A stretch of DNA of 64,000 nt from Sulfurospirillaceae bacterium (lineage in GTDB: Bacteria > Campylobacterota > Campylobacteria > Campylobacterales > Sulfurospirillaceae): positions 60,899 through 124,898 of the forward strand of contig JAWVXD010000007.1 of NCBI GenBank assembly GCA_033723415.1, in the 5' to 3' direction. The position numbers and the translations under genes are program-made. Below, piece after piece: positions 49,919 through 59,221 of the stretch. Within the stretch, counting starts at the first letter, position 1. Each line of letters opens with the position of its first letter. The notes beneath the pieces are model-generated. The model was given only the letters and a program-made list of their open reading frames with translations, had not been told where the DNA came from and made no database searches.

Positions 49919-52132
49919 TTAAAATCTTTGACCCATTGAAAATTCAAACGAAGACAAACTATCACCAGGTTTGCTCATTAATGCCTTAGCAAAGATTAGG
50001 TTTATCGGTCCCATAGGGGATACCCACTCTATACTGACACCTGTACCGGCTCTTTTTATATTAAAATTACTGTCCCCTGTCATACCATAATCAAAAAATA
50101 TAGCTCCTCTTAACTTTATTCTTTCTATCAAAGGAAAGCTTGCTTCAACGCTATTTGCAAACATAGCCTTTCCACCCAAAAGTGCTCCGCTACTGTCTTT
50201 AGGAGAAATCGAATTAGAACCGTAACCTCTTACCGTGCTTATACCGCCCATATAAAGTTTTTCATCAATAGGAAGATACCCATTGTCTACTATATAATTT
50301 AACGTAGCTCTATATCTAAGTATCAGATCATAATCAATCTTGTCTTGCAAACCATAAAAATATGCAAATTTATTTCTAAAAGCTATAAATTTATCATCTC
50401 CGCCTAATCCTGCAAATTCTATTTTGGCAGAAGCACTTATACCTCTTCTTGGCAGGTAATAATCATCAGTACTATTGTATGAAACAGCAGGTATGATTGA
50501 ACTCTTGATAGTTGATCCTACTTTATAAAGTGTCGGATCTATACTGGCTGCTAGATTACTAAGTTCTGATTGCTGAAGAGTATATCCTACAGAGCCACTC
50601 CATTGTCTACCGAATTTTCTACCTACGGTAAGATTGAAACCTAAATCTTTCATGTCATAGCTTGTATAATTATAATTTTGTCTATATATCGTTCCGCCCA
50701 AACTATACACTGAGTCTCTAACTCTTGGATTTGTTAAAGATACTGCTCCGCTTAAAACGGATTTTGATCTATCTATATTTACATCTGCCCTCATACCTGA
50801 ACCAAAGATATTGCCATCAGAAAGACTTGCGCTTAATAGCAAACCATCAGATGAACCATAACCTATACCGCCTCCTATGGAAGATGTTCTGGCTTCTTTA
50901 ACAGTAACAAGTAAATCAACCTTATTTTCGCTTACCCTTACTTGCTTGATGGATGCATCATCAAAATATCCTGTTCTTTTCAACGCTGTCTTTGAATCTT
51001 CTAAGTCAGTTTTATTATATAGATCACCCGGAGCTAAATATATCTCTCTTCTTACAACTCTGTCTATAGTTTTTGTATTTCCTGAAATACGAACACTATT
51101 TATGTAAACTTTTTTACCAGGGTTTACTATAAAACTAATATCAGCAGTATGTTTCTTTTTATTTGTTTTAACATCAGGGTTTACGGTTACAAACGCATAT
51201 CCAATATTGCCAAAAGCATCTTCTATTGTTTTCATATCATGTCTTAGTTTCTTTGAACTAAAAATACTTCCTGATTGAAGTTGCAAGTTCTCTAATATTT
51301 TCTTAGTATCCAATAATCCATCGGGCGCAGAAATACCTAATTTACCGATATTATATTTCTCTCCTTCTTTGATGTGATAGGTTAAAGTAGCAGAATATCC
51401 ATCCATATATGCTTTTAAAAACGGGTTACTTACTCTTGCATCTAAATAACCATGTCTCATATAATAGTCTCTTATTCTTGCAGGATCATATACTAGATCG
51501 TTAACCTTTAATTCTCCATCATCGAATCCCCACATCCAAGACAGATATTCTGCTTGTCTGTTAGCGATAGAAGATCTAAAATCACTATAACCAAAATTCT
51601 TTGCACCGCAAAGTTGAACTTTTTTTATAATAATTTTTTCTCCTCGGTTTATTACTATATCAAGAGAAAGTGAATTTTTGTTTAATTTTTCCGTTGTTAC
51701 TTCAACAACAGTATTGAAGTAGCCTTTGTTTTCATAATATTTTTCTATATTCTTTTTGGCAATATCTAATTTATCATTACTATAGATCTCACCTTTTTTT
51801 ACACCTAAGGTTGCTGTTATCAGTTTCTTATCATTATCTGAAATTCCACTCATATTGATATTTGCAATCACAGGTTTTTCTACGACCATTATCGTTAAAT
51901 TGCCGTTGTCGTCATCTTCAATCGAAATATCTTTAAAATAATTTTGCCTGTAAAGCTCTTTTATACCTTTGTCAATAACTTCTATATCAATGGGATCACC
52001 TACTGATATTTTCATAATTTCCAACGCAACGCTCGGAGACAGATGAACTAACCCGTCAAACTTTATACTTTTTATATTCACGGCATACAGCGATGAAAAC
52101 AACATTAAACCTGATAACAGTAATTTCTTCAT
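49919..52132 (-). CDS. bamA: Outer membrane protein assembly factor BamA
   Basis: POTRA repeats, VRGY, C-terminal FEFSMGQRF. Confidence 0.97.
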   Translation of the reverse strand: MKKLLLSGLMLFSSLYAVNIKSIKFDGLVHLSPSVALEIMKISVGDPIDIEVIDKGIKELYRQNYFKDISIEDDDNGNLTIMVVEKPVIANINMSGISDNDKKLITATLGVKKGEIYSNDKLDIAKKNIEKYYENKGYFNTVVEVTTEKLNKNSLSLDIVINRGEKIIIKKVQLCGAKNFGYSDFRSSIANRQAEYLSWMWGFDDGELKVNDLVYDPARIRDYYMRHGYLDARVSNPFLKAYMDGYSATLTYHIKEGEKYNIGKLGISAPDGLLDTKKILENLQLQSGSIFSSKKLRHDMKTIEDAFGNIGYAFVTVNPDVKTNKKKHTADISFIVNPGKKVYINSVRISGNTKTIDRVVRREIYLAPGDLYNKTDLEDSKTALKRTGYFDDASIKQVRVSENKVDLLVTVKEARTSSIGGGIGYGSSDGLLLSASLSDGNIFGSGMRADVNIDRSKSVLSGAVSLTNPRVRDSVYSLGGTIYRQNYNYTSYDMKDLGFNLTVGRKFGRQWSGSVGYTLQQSELSNLAASIDPTLYKVGSTIKSSIIPAVSYNSTDDYYLPRRGISASAKIEFAGLGGDDKFIAFRNKFAYFYGLQDKIDYDLILRYRATLNYIVDNGYLPIDEKLYMGGISTVRGYGSNSISPKDSSGALLGGKAMFANSVEASFPLIERIKLRGAIFFDYGMTGDSNFNIKRAGTGVSIEWVSPMGPINLIFAKALMSKPGDSLSSFEFSMGQRF

Positions 52133-52220
52133 TAAATAACCCTATTTTTCGATATTTAAATTGTGATAAAAAAAGGATATAATACCATTTTTGGAATTAA
52201 TTATTTGTTAAAGGCTATAT

Positions 52221-53048
52221 ATGAAAGTTGGTATTGTAGGTTTAGGTTTGATAGGAGGCTCGTTAGGTCTCGCATTAAAAAATATAAAATTTATATCTCA
52301 AGTCGTTGGCTTCGATCATAACATAACTCATTGCGAAGAAGCGCTCAAGCTAGATTTAGTTGATGAAATCGTCTCTTTTTCTGAGATCAAAAAATGCGAT
52401 ATTATCTTTTTAGCAATACCTGTGGAAGCTATTATCAAAATTATGAAAAATTTAACTGATATTTCAAAAGATACGACAATCGTTGATTTAGGGAGTACAA
52501 AAGAACAGATCATAAATGAAACTCCTGGCGAGATAAGAAACAACTTAATTGCAGCACACCCTATGGCAGGAACAGAAAAATTTGGACCAAGTGCTGCATT
52601 GCCTGATCTTTATCATGATAAAGTTGTTGTTTTCTGTGATATGGAACACAGTGGTGAAGCTCACAAAAATAGAGCTATACAAATCTTTTCACATATAGGG
52701 ATGAAGATCGTCTTCATGAATCCAAAAGAACATGACAAGCACGCATCATTTATATCACATTTGCCGCATGCGATAAGTTACGCATTGGCAAACTCTGTCA
52801 TGAGGCAAGAAGACCCTAAAAGTATATTACTTCTAGCTGCCGGTGGTTTTAAAGATATGAGTCGTGTTGCGAAATCATCTCCTCAAATGTGGGCAGACGT
52901 TTTTAAACAGAATAAAGAAAACTTACTTGGCTCGATTGATATGTTCGAAAATGAACTACAGAAATGTAAAAAGTTGATAGAAGAAGAAAAATGGCAGGAT
53001 TTGGAGGCGTGGATGGGTGAAGCCACGACCCTCCATAAAATCCTATAG
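52221..53048 (+). CDS. tyrA: Prephenate dehydrogenase
   Basis: GLGLIGGS, DLGSTK, HPMAGTE, SHLPH. Confidence 0.95.
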   Translation: MKVGIVGLGLIGGSLGLALKNIKFISQVVGFDHNITHCEEALKLDLVDEIVSFSEIKKCDIIFLAIPVEAIIKIMKNLTDISKDTTIVDLGSTKEQIINETPGEIRNNLIAAHPMAGTEKFGPSAALPDLYHDKVVVFCDMEHSGEAHKNRAIQIFSHIGMKIVFMNPKEHDKHASFISHLPHAISYALANSVMRQEDPKSILLLAAGGFKDMSRVAKSSPQMWADVFKQNKENLLGSIDMFENELQKCKKLIEEEKWQDLEAWMGEATTLHKIL

Positions 53049-53054
53049 CTTTTG

Positions 53055-53579
53055 TCAGTATGAATTTCTTAAATACACGCCTAAGAATATAGCGATTATT
53101 CCAAGAAGTATATTTAAAGGTACCATGTATTTGGCAATCAAGACTGCTTTATTTTTTGCACCTGCAAAATCTTTCAGATCAAGCAGTTTTTGAGCCTTAT
53201 TTCTAAGTATAACCATGGCTAAATAATTTAACGTCATGATCGTCCAAATGCTCTCTTTTACATGGATAATATTGTACAAACGAAAAGCATAGCTGTTTAT
53301 GACATTGCCTGACTTATCTATAGCAGCATCCCTAAAACCAAGCCCAACAGCCAAGATAATCGCAGTAACAAGTAATGTTACTATGAATGGTGCAACCAAG
53401 ATAAATAATCTTTTTAAAGCATATAATGAACTTTTCAACCTTACTTCTGTTTGTTCGATATTTTGAAATGAATAATGAGCACCATATCGCATGATGATCA
53501 TACCTCCAACCCATACTACTGCACTAATTATGTGTAAAAATGTGATTAAAACTCTATTGTCTGACAATATTTCTTGCAT
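53055..53579 (-). CDS. Four-TM membrane protein, CopD-like
   Basis: LHIISAVVWVGG N-terminal motif; four hydrophobic segments. Confidence 0.55.
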   Translation of the reverse strand: MQEILSDNRVLITFLHIISAVVWVGGMIIMRYGAHYSFQNIEQTEVRLKSSLYALKRLFILVAPFIVTLLVTAIILAVGLGFRDAAIDKSGNVINSYAFRLYNIIHVKESIWTIMTLNYLAMVILRNKAQKLLDLKDFAGAKNKAVLIAKYMVPLNILLGIIAIFLGVYLRNSY

Positions 53580-53649
53580 ATCTTATCTCTCTTTCTTTTT
53601 TTAATATACCAACGATGATCTTGTCGGTTACTATTTTAAAATTATAGCA

Positions 53650-54867
53650 TTAATTATTGAGAAATTTTATTATGAAAATATTTTTATTATCTATATAGTT
53701 ATATTTTAGTTCTAGTTCATGACGTTCTAGAATTCTTTTTACTATGCTTAGACCTAAACCATAACCTTCTGTACTTCTAGAATTATCCTCTTGTATAAAT
53801 GTCTCCATATAATAATCAATATCTTTGCTGAGCGGATTACCTATATTTTTTATCTCTAAACACGCTTTATCTACTATGATCTCCACTTTACCCTTTGTTT
53901 TATACTTTAGGGCATTGTCAATTAAGTTCTTAACCGCTGTAGACATATAATTTATATCAACATAACACTCAAAAATCTCAACAATTTCAATAACAATCTC
54001 TTCTTCATCTTCAATGATCATTTTTGAAAGAGATTCTGCTAAAATAGTCTCAATAGAGTATTTTTTAATATCCAAAACTAGATTATTGGAATTTAATCTC
54101 TCTATTTCCAAAAGATCATTGGTCAACTTATCTATCTGATTTATGGACTTTTTCAATATATTATTATATTTGCCTTCTCCCAACATTTCTAATGAAATTA
54201 CAGCTTTAGCGATAGGAGTTCTCAGCTCATGACTTATATCTCTCAATAACTGACTTCTTGATGTTATGAGATTTTCTATATTTTCAGCCATAGCGTTAAA
54301 CTTTTTTACAACCTTAGATATCTCATCATTATTCTTATTTTCTCTAAGCCTAAAAGAGTAATCCCCTTCTCCAAATTTTTCAATTGCTTTAGAAATATTT
54401 TTAAGAGGCGTCAATATTCTCAAAAAAACTAAAAATATAATAATCAAAAGCATTATATCTGCTACTATCAGATAATTTAGTTTTGCTTTCTGTGATACTT
54501 CGTTGTTCTGTGTCGCATCATAAAACAAGACTTTATCTCCTAAATATTCAAGATATAGAAGATATGTGTCGTTTTTTTTGATTATGCGGACCTCACCAAA
54601 AGATATCTTATGATCATACACGACTTTTGTGTTTTTTATTAGCTCGATTTTCTTCTTTTCATAATTTAATTCTTTTGCTTTTTTATCTAAATTGACAAAA
54701 TCTCCATTTGCCAGAAGATTTAAAAATTCTTTTGATGATTCTATATATTTATCTTTATATATTAATTCTATTTTTTGATTTTGTATTTCATTTGTTTTAT
54801 TGGATAAAAAAAACATAATTACTACACTGATACAAAAAAGTATAAAAATTTTTCTAAAAATTGTCAC
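53650..54867 (-). CDS. Sensor histidine kinase (HAMP, ArsS/CpxA-like)
   Basis: GTG start, TM-HAMP, ISHELRTP, NALKY, GYGLGL. Confidence 0.92.
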   Translation of the reverse strand: MTIFRKIFILFCISVVIMFFLSNKTNEIQNQKIELIYKDKYIESSKEFLNLLANGDFVNLDKKAKELNYEKKKIELIKNTKVVYDHKISFGEVRIIKKNDTYLLYLEYLGDKVLFYDATQNNEVSQKAKLNYLIVADIMLLIIIFLVFLRILTPLKNISKAIEKFGEGDYSFRLRENKNNDEISKVVKKFNAMAENIENLITSRSQLLRDISHELRTPIAKAVISLEMLGEGKYNNILKKSINQIDKLTNDLLEIERLNSNNLVLDIKKYSIETILAESLSKMIIEDEEEIVIEIVEIFECYVDINYMSTAVKNLIDNALKYKTKGKVEIIVDKACLEIKNIGNPLSKDIDYYMETFIQEDNSRSTEGYGLGLSIVKRILERHELELKYNYIDNKNIFIIKFLNN

Positions 54868-54887
54868 AATGTTTTTCCCTGTCTAGA

Positions 54888-55556
54888 TTATCCAATAAAT
54901 TTGTACCCTATTCCCCAAATTGATTTGATATATTTTGCAGACTTTGAGTTGTCAAAGATTTTGTTTCTTATATTGCTGATATGCATATCAATAGCTCTAT
55001 TTTTTATATTTGAATGTTCGCTTCCAAGATAATTTGCGATTGCCTCTCTGGAGAGAATCTTATCTGGGTTATTTAATAACAATAGAAAAATTTCATACTC
55101 TATTTTGGTTAAATGTAGGATCTCTCCATCTTGTGAGATCTGCATTTTTTCTTCTTCTATCTCAAATTCTCCGACTTTTTTAATATTTGTCGTATTTGTT
55201 ACTCTTCTAAGGATCGCATTTATCCTTATTACAAGTTCTTTAGGCTCGTATGGTTTTGCTAAATAATCATCTGCTCCATACTCATATGCCACGATCTTAT
55301 CGCCGAGATTTCCTCTTGCACTTGATATGATGATCGGTATGTCACTTATATCTCTAATCTTTTTACAGACATCAAAACCGTCAAGTTCCGGCAACATCAA
55401 ATCCAAAACAACAAGTTTATAGTCATTTGGCGAAGACAAAGTTTTGAGAGCATTTAACGGGCTTTCATATGCTCCTACATCATAATCATAGTTTTTTAGA
55501 TAATCCTTTAATAATTCTTGCATATCAAGATCATCTTCTATTAGCATGATTTTCAT
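54888..55556 (-). CDS. OmpR-family response regulator (CpxR-like)
   Basis: ATG at 55556 (ATGA overlap with the upstream gene); LDLMLP, GADDYLAKP, IDMHISNIR, WGIGY. Confidence 0.92.
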   Translation of the reverse strand: MKIMLIEDDLDMQELLKDYLKNYDYDVGAYESPLNALKTLSSPNDYKLVVLDLMLPELDGFDVCKKIRDISDIPIIISSARGNLGDKIVAYEYGADDYLAKPYEPKELVIRINAILRRVTNTTNIKKVGEFEIEEEKMQISQDGEILHLTKIEYEIFLLLLNNPDKILSREAIANYLGSEHSNIKNRAIDMHISNIRNKIFDNSKSAKYIKSIWGIGYKFIG

Positions 55557-55936
55557 TCTATATCCCATTCATTGATATATTTGACAAACTTTCTTCTTTG
55601 TTCATTTGATAATATAGCATGAACTCGTTTTAGAAATCTTATCTCGATTTCAGTAGCCAATTTATTTATCTTGCCGTTGATACTTTTTAACTTCATTTCA
55701 TCAAAACTATTTTCTAAAAAGACCTTTTGCTTTTCTTTAGAAATTTCTTCTCTCTTTTCTCTATAATCTTTTATATCTTTTCTGTACTCTTTTAGTATAT
55801 TTTTGATCTTTTCTTTTTGATTTTTACTCAATCCAAGGTATGTTAAATCTTTTTTATAATGCCAATGATTTTTCTCATGATGTTCTTGTGCATATATAAA
55901 TCCAAACAATAATAAAACAATAATAAATGACTTCAA
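55553..55936 (-). CDS. Spy/CpxP family periplasmic protein
   Basis: Signal peptide and two LTxxQ-like motifs (LGLSKNQ, ILSNEQR); TTG start. Confidence 0.8.
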   Translation of the reverse strand: MKSFIIVLLLFGFIYAQEHHEKNHWHYKKDLTYLGLSKNQKEKIKNILKEYRKDIKDYREKREEISKEKQKVFLENSFDEMKLKSINGKINKLATEIEIRFLKRVHAILSNEQRRKFVKYINEWDIE

Positions 55937-55938
55937 AA

Positions 55939-57057
55939 TTATCCTTTTACTCTCGGGATCTTTATTAAACTATCTTCGATTATACCCTTTTCTATCCCGG
56001 CATGACAAGCTTTACAATTTGCTTTGCTTTTCACTTCATTGCTAGTAAATACATTTTTATCTATCTTGCTATGTCTTCTTTTCCAGTAAGGTGTCTGCGT
56101 TATTGCGATTATATCAGTGTTGTTTTTCAAGCTTTTTGATATCTTTAAGGCTGCTTCATGTGTAGAGTTTTCAGCACTATATTTTGTTAAAAATGCCAAG
56201 ATAGATGCATTTGTTATTTTATCCAAGGACGCATCGTCGCCAAAATGATTTTCTAAGTTACTCATCATAACGGTCCAAGATTTTTTAGGTAGTAAAAAAG
56301 GCGGGTATACAATATGACAACTCCCGCACTCTTTGCTAAAATCACTATGCAACATTGCATAATCTTGTTTCACATTAGCACTTTTTATAAATATGTTGTT
56401 TTTTGTAAAAATTATATAATAAAGAGAAAAAAGAGACACTAATATCCAAAGAATCGCAAAGATTTTTTGAAAAATATTTAATCTTATATCAATCTTTTCT
56501 ATTGTATTTTTATATCCTGTTATCATAGAATCTATCGCATCACCTCTTTTAATGAACCTATCAATCAAACTTCCCATCACATGAATGCCGATAAGTGCTA
56601 TAAGAACATTTGCAAAAAATTCATGAGCCTCTGAAAAAAATTCCATATGTTCAAAATAACTGCTGTGTAAAAAAGACAATATTCCATGGTTTTTTTCAAT
56701 ACCCTGAGTTAGTACACCGAAAATAATTGTCAAAAACACTACAATAATCATAGCAAGAATAGCAAAACTTGATGCCGGATTATGTCCTATGTGTTCTTTA
56801 TCTTTTTTAAAAACAGATAGCATATACTCTTTTAGGTCATTTACATTAAAATTAAAATCCTTAAATTTAGAATATTTAGGACCTATAAAGCCCCATAAAA
56901 CGCGAAATAAAAACACCACACCCAATGCATATCCAAATGCAACATGATAATTTACAAGACTTTTATAGTCTCCAAGTAAGTATGCGGCCGAAAAAAAGAT
57001 TATCAACAACACGTGTGAAAATCTATTGATGAACGGCCATATATAACTTTTAGTCAT
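55939..57057 (-). CDS. Cytochrome b (Ni_hydr_CYTB-like) fused to a diheme cytochrome c domain
   Basis: Start ATG at 57057; RFSH, YH, GHNP, AHE and IH heme b ligands; C-terminal CGSCH and CKACH. Confidence 0.88.
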   Translation of the reverse strand: MTKSYIWPFINRFSHVLLIIFFSAAYLLGDYKSLVNYHVAFGYALGVVFLFRVLWGFIGPKYSKFKDFNFNVNDLKEYMLSVFKKDKEHIGHNPASSFAILAMIIVVFLTIIFGVLTQGIEKNHGILSFLHSSYFEHMEFFSEAHEFFANVLIALIGIHVMGSLIDRFIKRGDAIDSMITGYKNTIEKIDIRLNIFQKIFAILWILVSLFSLYYIIFTKNNIFIKSANVKQDYAMLHSDFSKECGSCHIVYPPFLLPKKSWTVMMSNLENHFGDDASLDKITNASILAFLTKYSAENSTHEAALKISKSLKNNTDIIAITQTPYWKRRHSKIDKNVFTSNEVKSKANCKACHAGIEKGIIEDSLIKIPRVKG

Positions 57058-57544
57058 CGTATCTTCCATAATTTGGTATTCTGACTGCTCGCTCTGAGTA
57101 ATCTCCAGATGCCGCTCCTGCATGACAAGCTGTACAATTACTGATACTTCCAACTTCTTTTTGGGTGATCATTTTAGTGTTTATTTCTCTGTGTTTACGT
57201 ATAAAATACGGCGTTTTTGTTATCCTTATCGGTGTTTTATTAGGATCTATGGAGTCACTTATTCTCCTGCTTCTTTTATATTCCATTGCATTGTCGCTTG
57301 AATTTTGAACTAAATATTTTAACAGAGTTGTACGCGTTTGATCATCTAAGCTCGCATCAGTTTCAAAATGATTGTTCAGATTACTCATCATTTTTTGCCA
57401 TGATCTCTTTGGAAGCAAACCTGGTTGAAATGCAAAATGACAACTTCCGCACTCTTTAATAAATAATTTATCATTTGCCGGTTTAACTCCACCGGCAAAC
57501 AAAAAACTGGAAACTATTGTAATTGATAGCAATATCTTTTTCAT
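57050..57544 (-). CDS. Diheme cytochrome c (DHC)
   Basis: ECGSCHFAFQPGLLP..SW..MM..L.NHF, RITKTPYF..KH, NCTACH. Confidence 0.9.
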   Translation of the reverse strand: MKKILLSITIVSSFLFAGGVKPANDKLFIKECGSCHFAFQPGLLPKRSWQKMMSNLNNHFETDASLDDQTRTTLLKYLVQNSSDNAMEYKRSRRISDSIDPNKTPIRITKTPYFIRKHREINTKMITQKEVGSISNCTACHAGAASGDYSERAVRIPNYGRYDD

Positions 57545-57557
57545 TTTATCTCCTTAA

Positions 57558-57974
57558 TTATTTTGATTTTATATAATATAAAACATCCCCTTTTTCTACT
57601 GCCGATCCTTCTCTATTATATACATCATTAAAATTACGTCTTAGCCATTTCTTTACATCTTTAACACTTGTCAATCTATCTGGATTTGCAGAAGGTGCCA
57701 ACGGTCTTAGTACTTTATTTGTATGCTCATTCTTGCCTTTTGCTCTAAGATCCGTTGTATGACAACTTGTACAGGATATCTCTTTGCCTTTTTTACCAAT
57801 ATGAGATGTAGTAAAAATCTTCTCTCCTCTTTGTGCATTAAAGTCGACAAATTGACTGTCATTTTTCTTTGCTTCGTTTTTTAGCATATCTATATAATTT
57901 TGCATATCTTGATTGAACGCGGCGGCATTTAAAACTATAGATAATGAAGCTATAATCAATATAATCTTTTTCAT
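57558..57974 (-). CDS. SHP-like (DUF1924) monoheme cytochrome c
   Basis: SCTSCHT, PLAPSANPDRLT, KWLRRNF, EKGDV. Confidence 0.85.
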   Translation of the reverse strand: MKKIILIIASLSIVLNAAAFNQDMQNYIDMLKNEAKKNDSQFVDFNAQRGEKIFTTSHIGKKGKEISCTSCHTTDLRAKGKNEHTNKVLRPLAPSANPDRLTSVKDVKKWLRRNFNDVYNREGSAVEKGDVLYYIKSK

Positions 57975-58030
57975 AACCTTCCTTTTAAGTTTGATAATGA
58001 AAGATTATTGCATATATGTAAATTCGTTAA

Positions 58031-58055
58031 ATACAATTCTTTACAATTTATTTAC
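58031..58055 (-). promoter_or_regulatory. GTAAA-N6-GTAAA direct repeat (CpxR-box-like) upstream of the cytochrome operon
   Basis: TTTAC at 58040-58044 and 58051-58055 on the plus strand, partial third copy at 58031; extended -10 TGCAATAAT near 58004-58012. Confidence 0.55.
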
Positions 58056-58087
58056 ATTTAAATAAGGTATTTATATTGTTTTGCAGA

Positions 58088-58125
58088 AAGATAGATGAAA
58101 AACCTAAAATATTTTCATCTATCTT
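58088..58125 (-). terminator. Inverted repeat, likely ppaC terminator
   Basis: 14-bp stem AAGATAGATGAAAA/TTTTCATCTATCTT. Confidence 0.7.
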
Positions 58126-58140
58126 GTATATTTGAAGTTT

Positions 58141-59064
58141 TTATTTATTGAATGCTTTTTCTAAAGCAGGAGTTATCTGTTTTTTTCTACTTAAGACCTT
58201 TGGAAGCCATACTTGAGAATTTTCAAGCTTTACTCCAAATGCATCTTCTATGACCGATTCATCATCGCTAACAGTCATCAATTGTGAGCCTTCTTTCAAG
58301 ATATCAGTTAGAAGAAGTATAACTGTATGCCTGTTGGCTTCATCTTTTAATGTTTTCATATCGGCAAACAAGTCATCTTTCATTTTATCAAATGCTGCAA
58401 GATCAACTACTTCCAGCTGTCCTATACCGACTTTGTTACCATTCATATCAAAATCTTTAAAATCTCTTTTTATAAGATCCCTCGGCGTTGCTCCATCAAT
58501 AGCTGACTTTGCTATGAATAGTTCCATGCCAAGTCCTCTAATGTCTTCAATACCTGCTATTTTTGCTAACTCTTTACAAGCTTTTGTATCAACTTTTGTA
58601 CAAGTCGGAGATTTAAATATAACAGTATCACTAAGTATTGCACAGCACATAATACCGGCTATATTTTTTGGAATTTCTACTTTATGATAATCATACATCT
58701 CTTTTACTATCGTATTTGTGCAGCCGATTGGACGTATCCAACATTCAAGAGGAGTAGATGTTGTTAGATCTCCAAGTTTATGATGGTCAATGATACCTTT
58801 AATTGTTGCTTCTTTTACATCTTTTGGAGCTTCAAGTGAATTTGAATAATCAACTATATAAAGATTTTCTCCTGCAAATTCTGTTTTTAGAATTGGTTTT
58901 TCAAATCCAAATTTTTTTAGTATAAATTCTGTTTCAGGATTCAATTCTCCCTGTCTTGCAGGTATACATTCTTCCCCTAGTTGTGTTTTCAAGTAAGATA
59001 ATGCGATTGCACTGCAAATTGAATCAGAATCCGGGTTTATATGCCCGCACGCATAAGTTGCCAT
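58141..59064 (-). CDS. ppaC: Manganese-dependent inorganic pyrophosphatase
   Basis: GHINPDSDS, IDHH, LSDT, SRKKQ. Confidence 0.96.
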   Translation of the reverse strand: MATYACGHINPDSDSICSAIALSYLKTQLGEECIPARQGELNPETEFILKKFGFEKPILKTEFAGENLYIVDYSNSLEAPKDVKEATIKGIIDHHKLGDLTTSTPLECWIRPIGCTNTIVKEMYDYHKVEIPKNIAGIMCCAILSDTVIFKSPTCTKVDTKACKELAKIAGIEDIRGLGMELFIAKSAIDGATPRDLIKRDFKDFDMNGNKVGIGQLEVVDLAAFDKMKDDLFADMKTLKDEANRHTVILLLTDILKEGSQLMTVSDDESVIEDAFGVKLENSQVWLPKVLSRKKQITPALEKAFNK

Positions 59065-59137
59065 AATTTTTCCTTCTATTATTTTTTCTAATTATATCAT
59101 TTCTGGATTAATTAAAATTTATTTTTTTTGAATATCT

Positions 59138-59174
59138 TCAAGCTTGTCATGACATTGATGTATGACAAGCTTGA
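59138..59174. terminator. Long inverted repeat downstream of fabH
   Basis: TCAAGCTTGTCAT...ATGACAAGCTTGA 13-bp perfect arms plus inner ACAT/ATGT. Confidence 0.55.
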
Positions 59175-59221
59175 TATTTTATGAAATGAGTTTTGAAGTC
59201 GGTATTTTTATAAAGATCGAG

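Noticed and set aside
57058..57153. Long overlap between cytochrome b ORF and DHC gene
   Set aside because: The real start is most likely ATG at 57057 (8-nt overlap); the upstream extension has no supporting features.
26578..59064. ppk2, ppx and ppaC in one window as a phosphate super-cluster
   Set aside because: They are 10-20 kb apart in unrelated operons; ppx and ppaC sit in ordinary housekeeping contexts.
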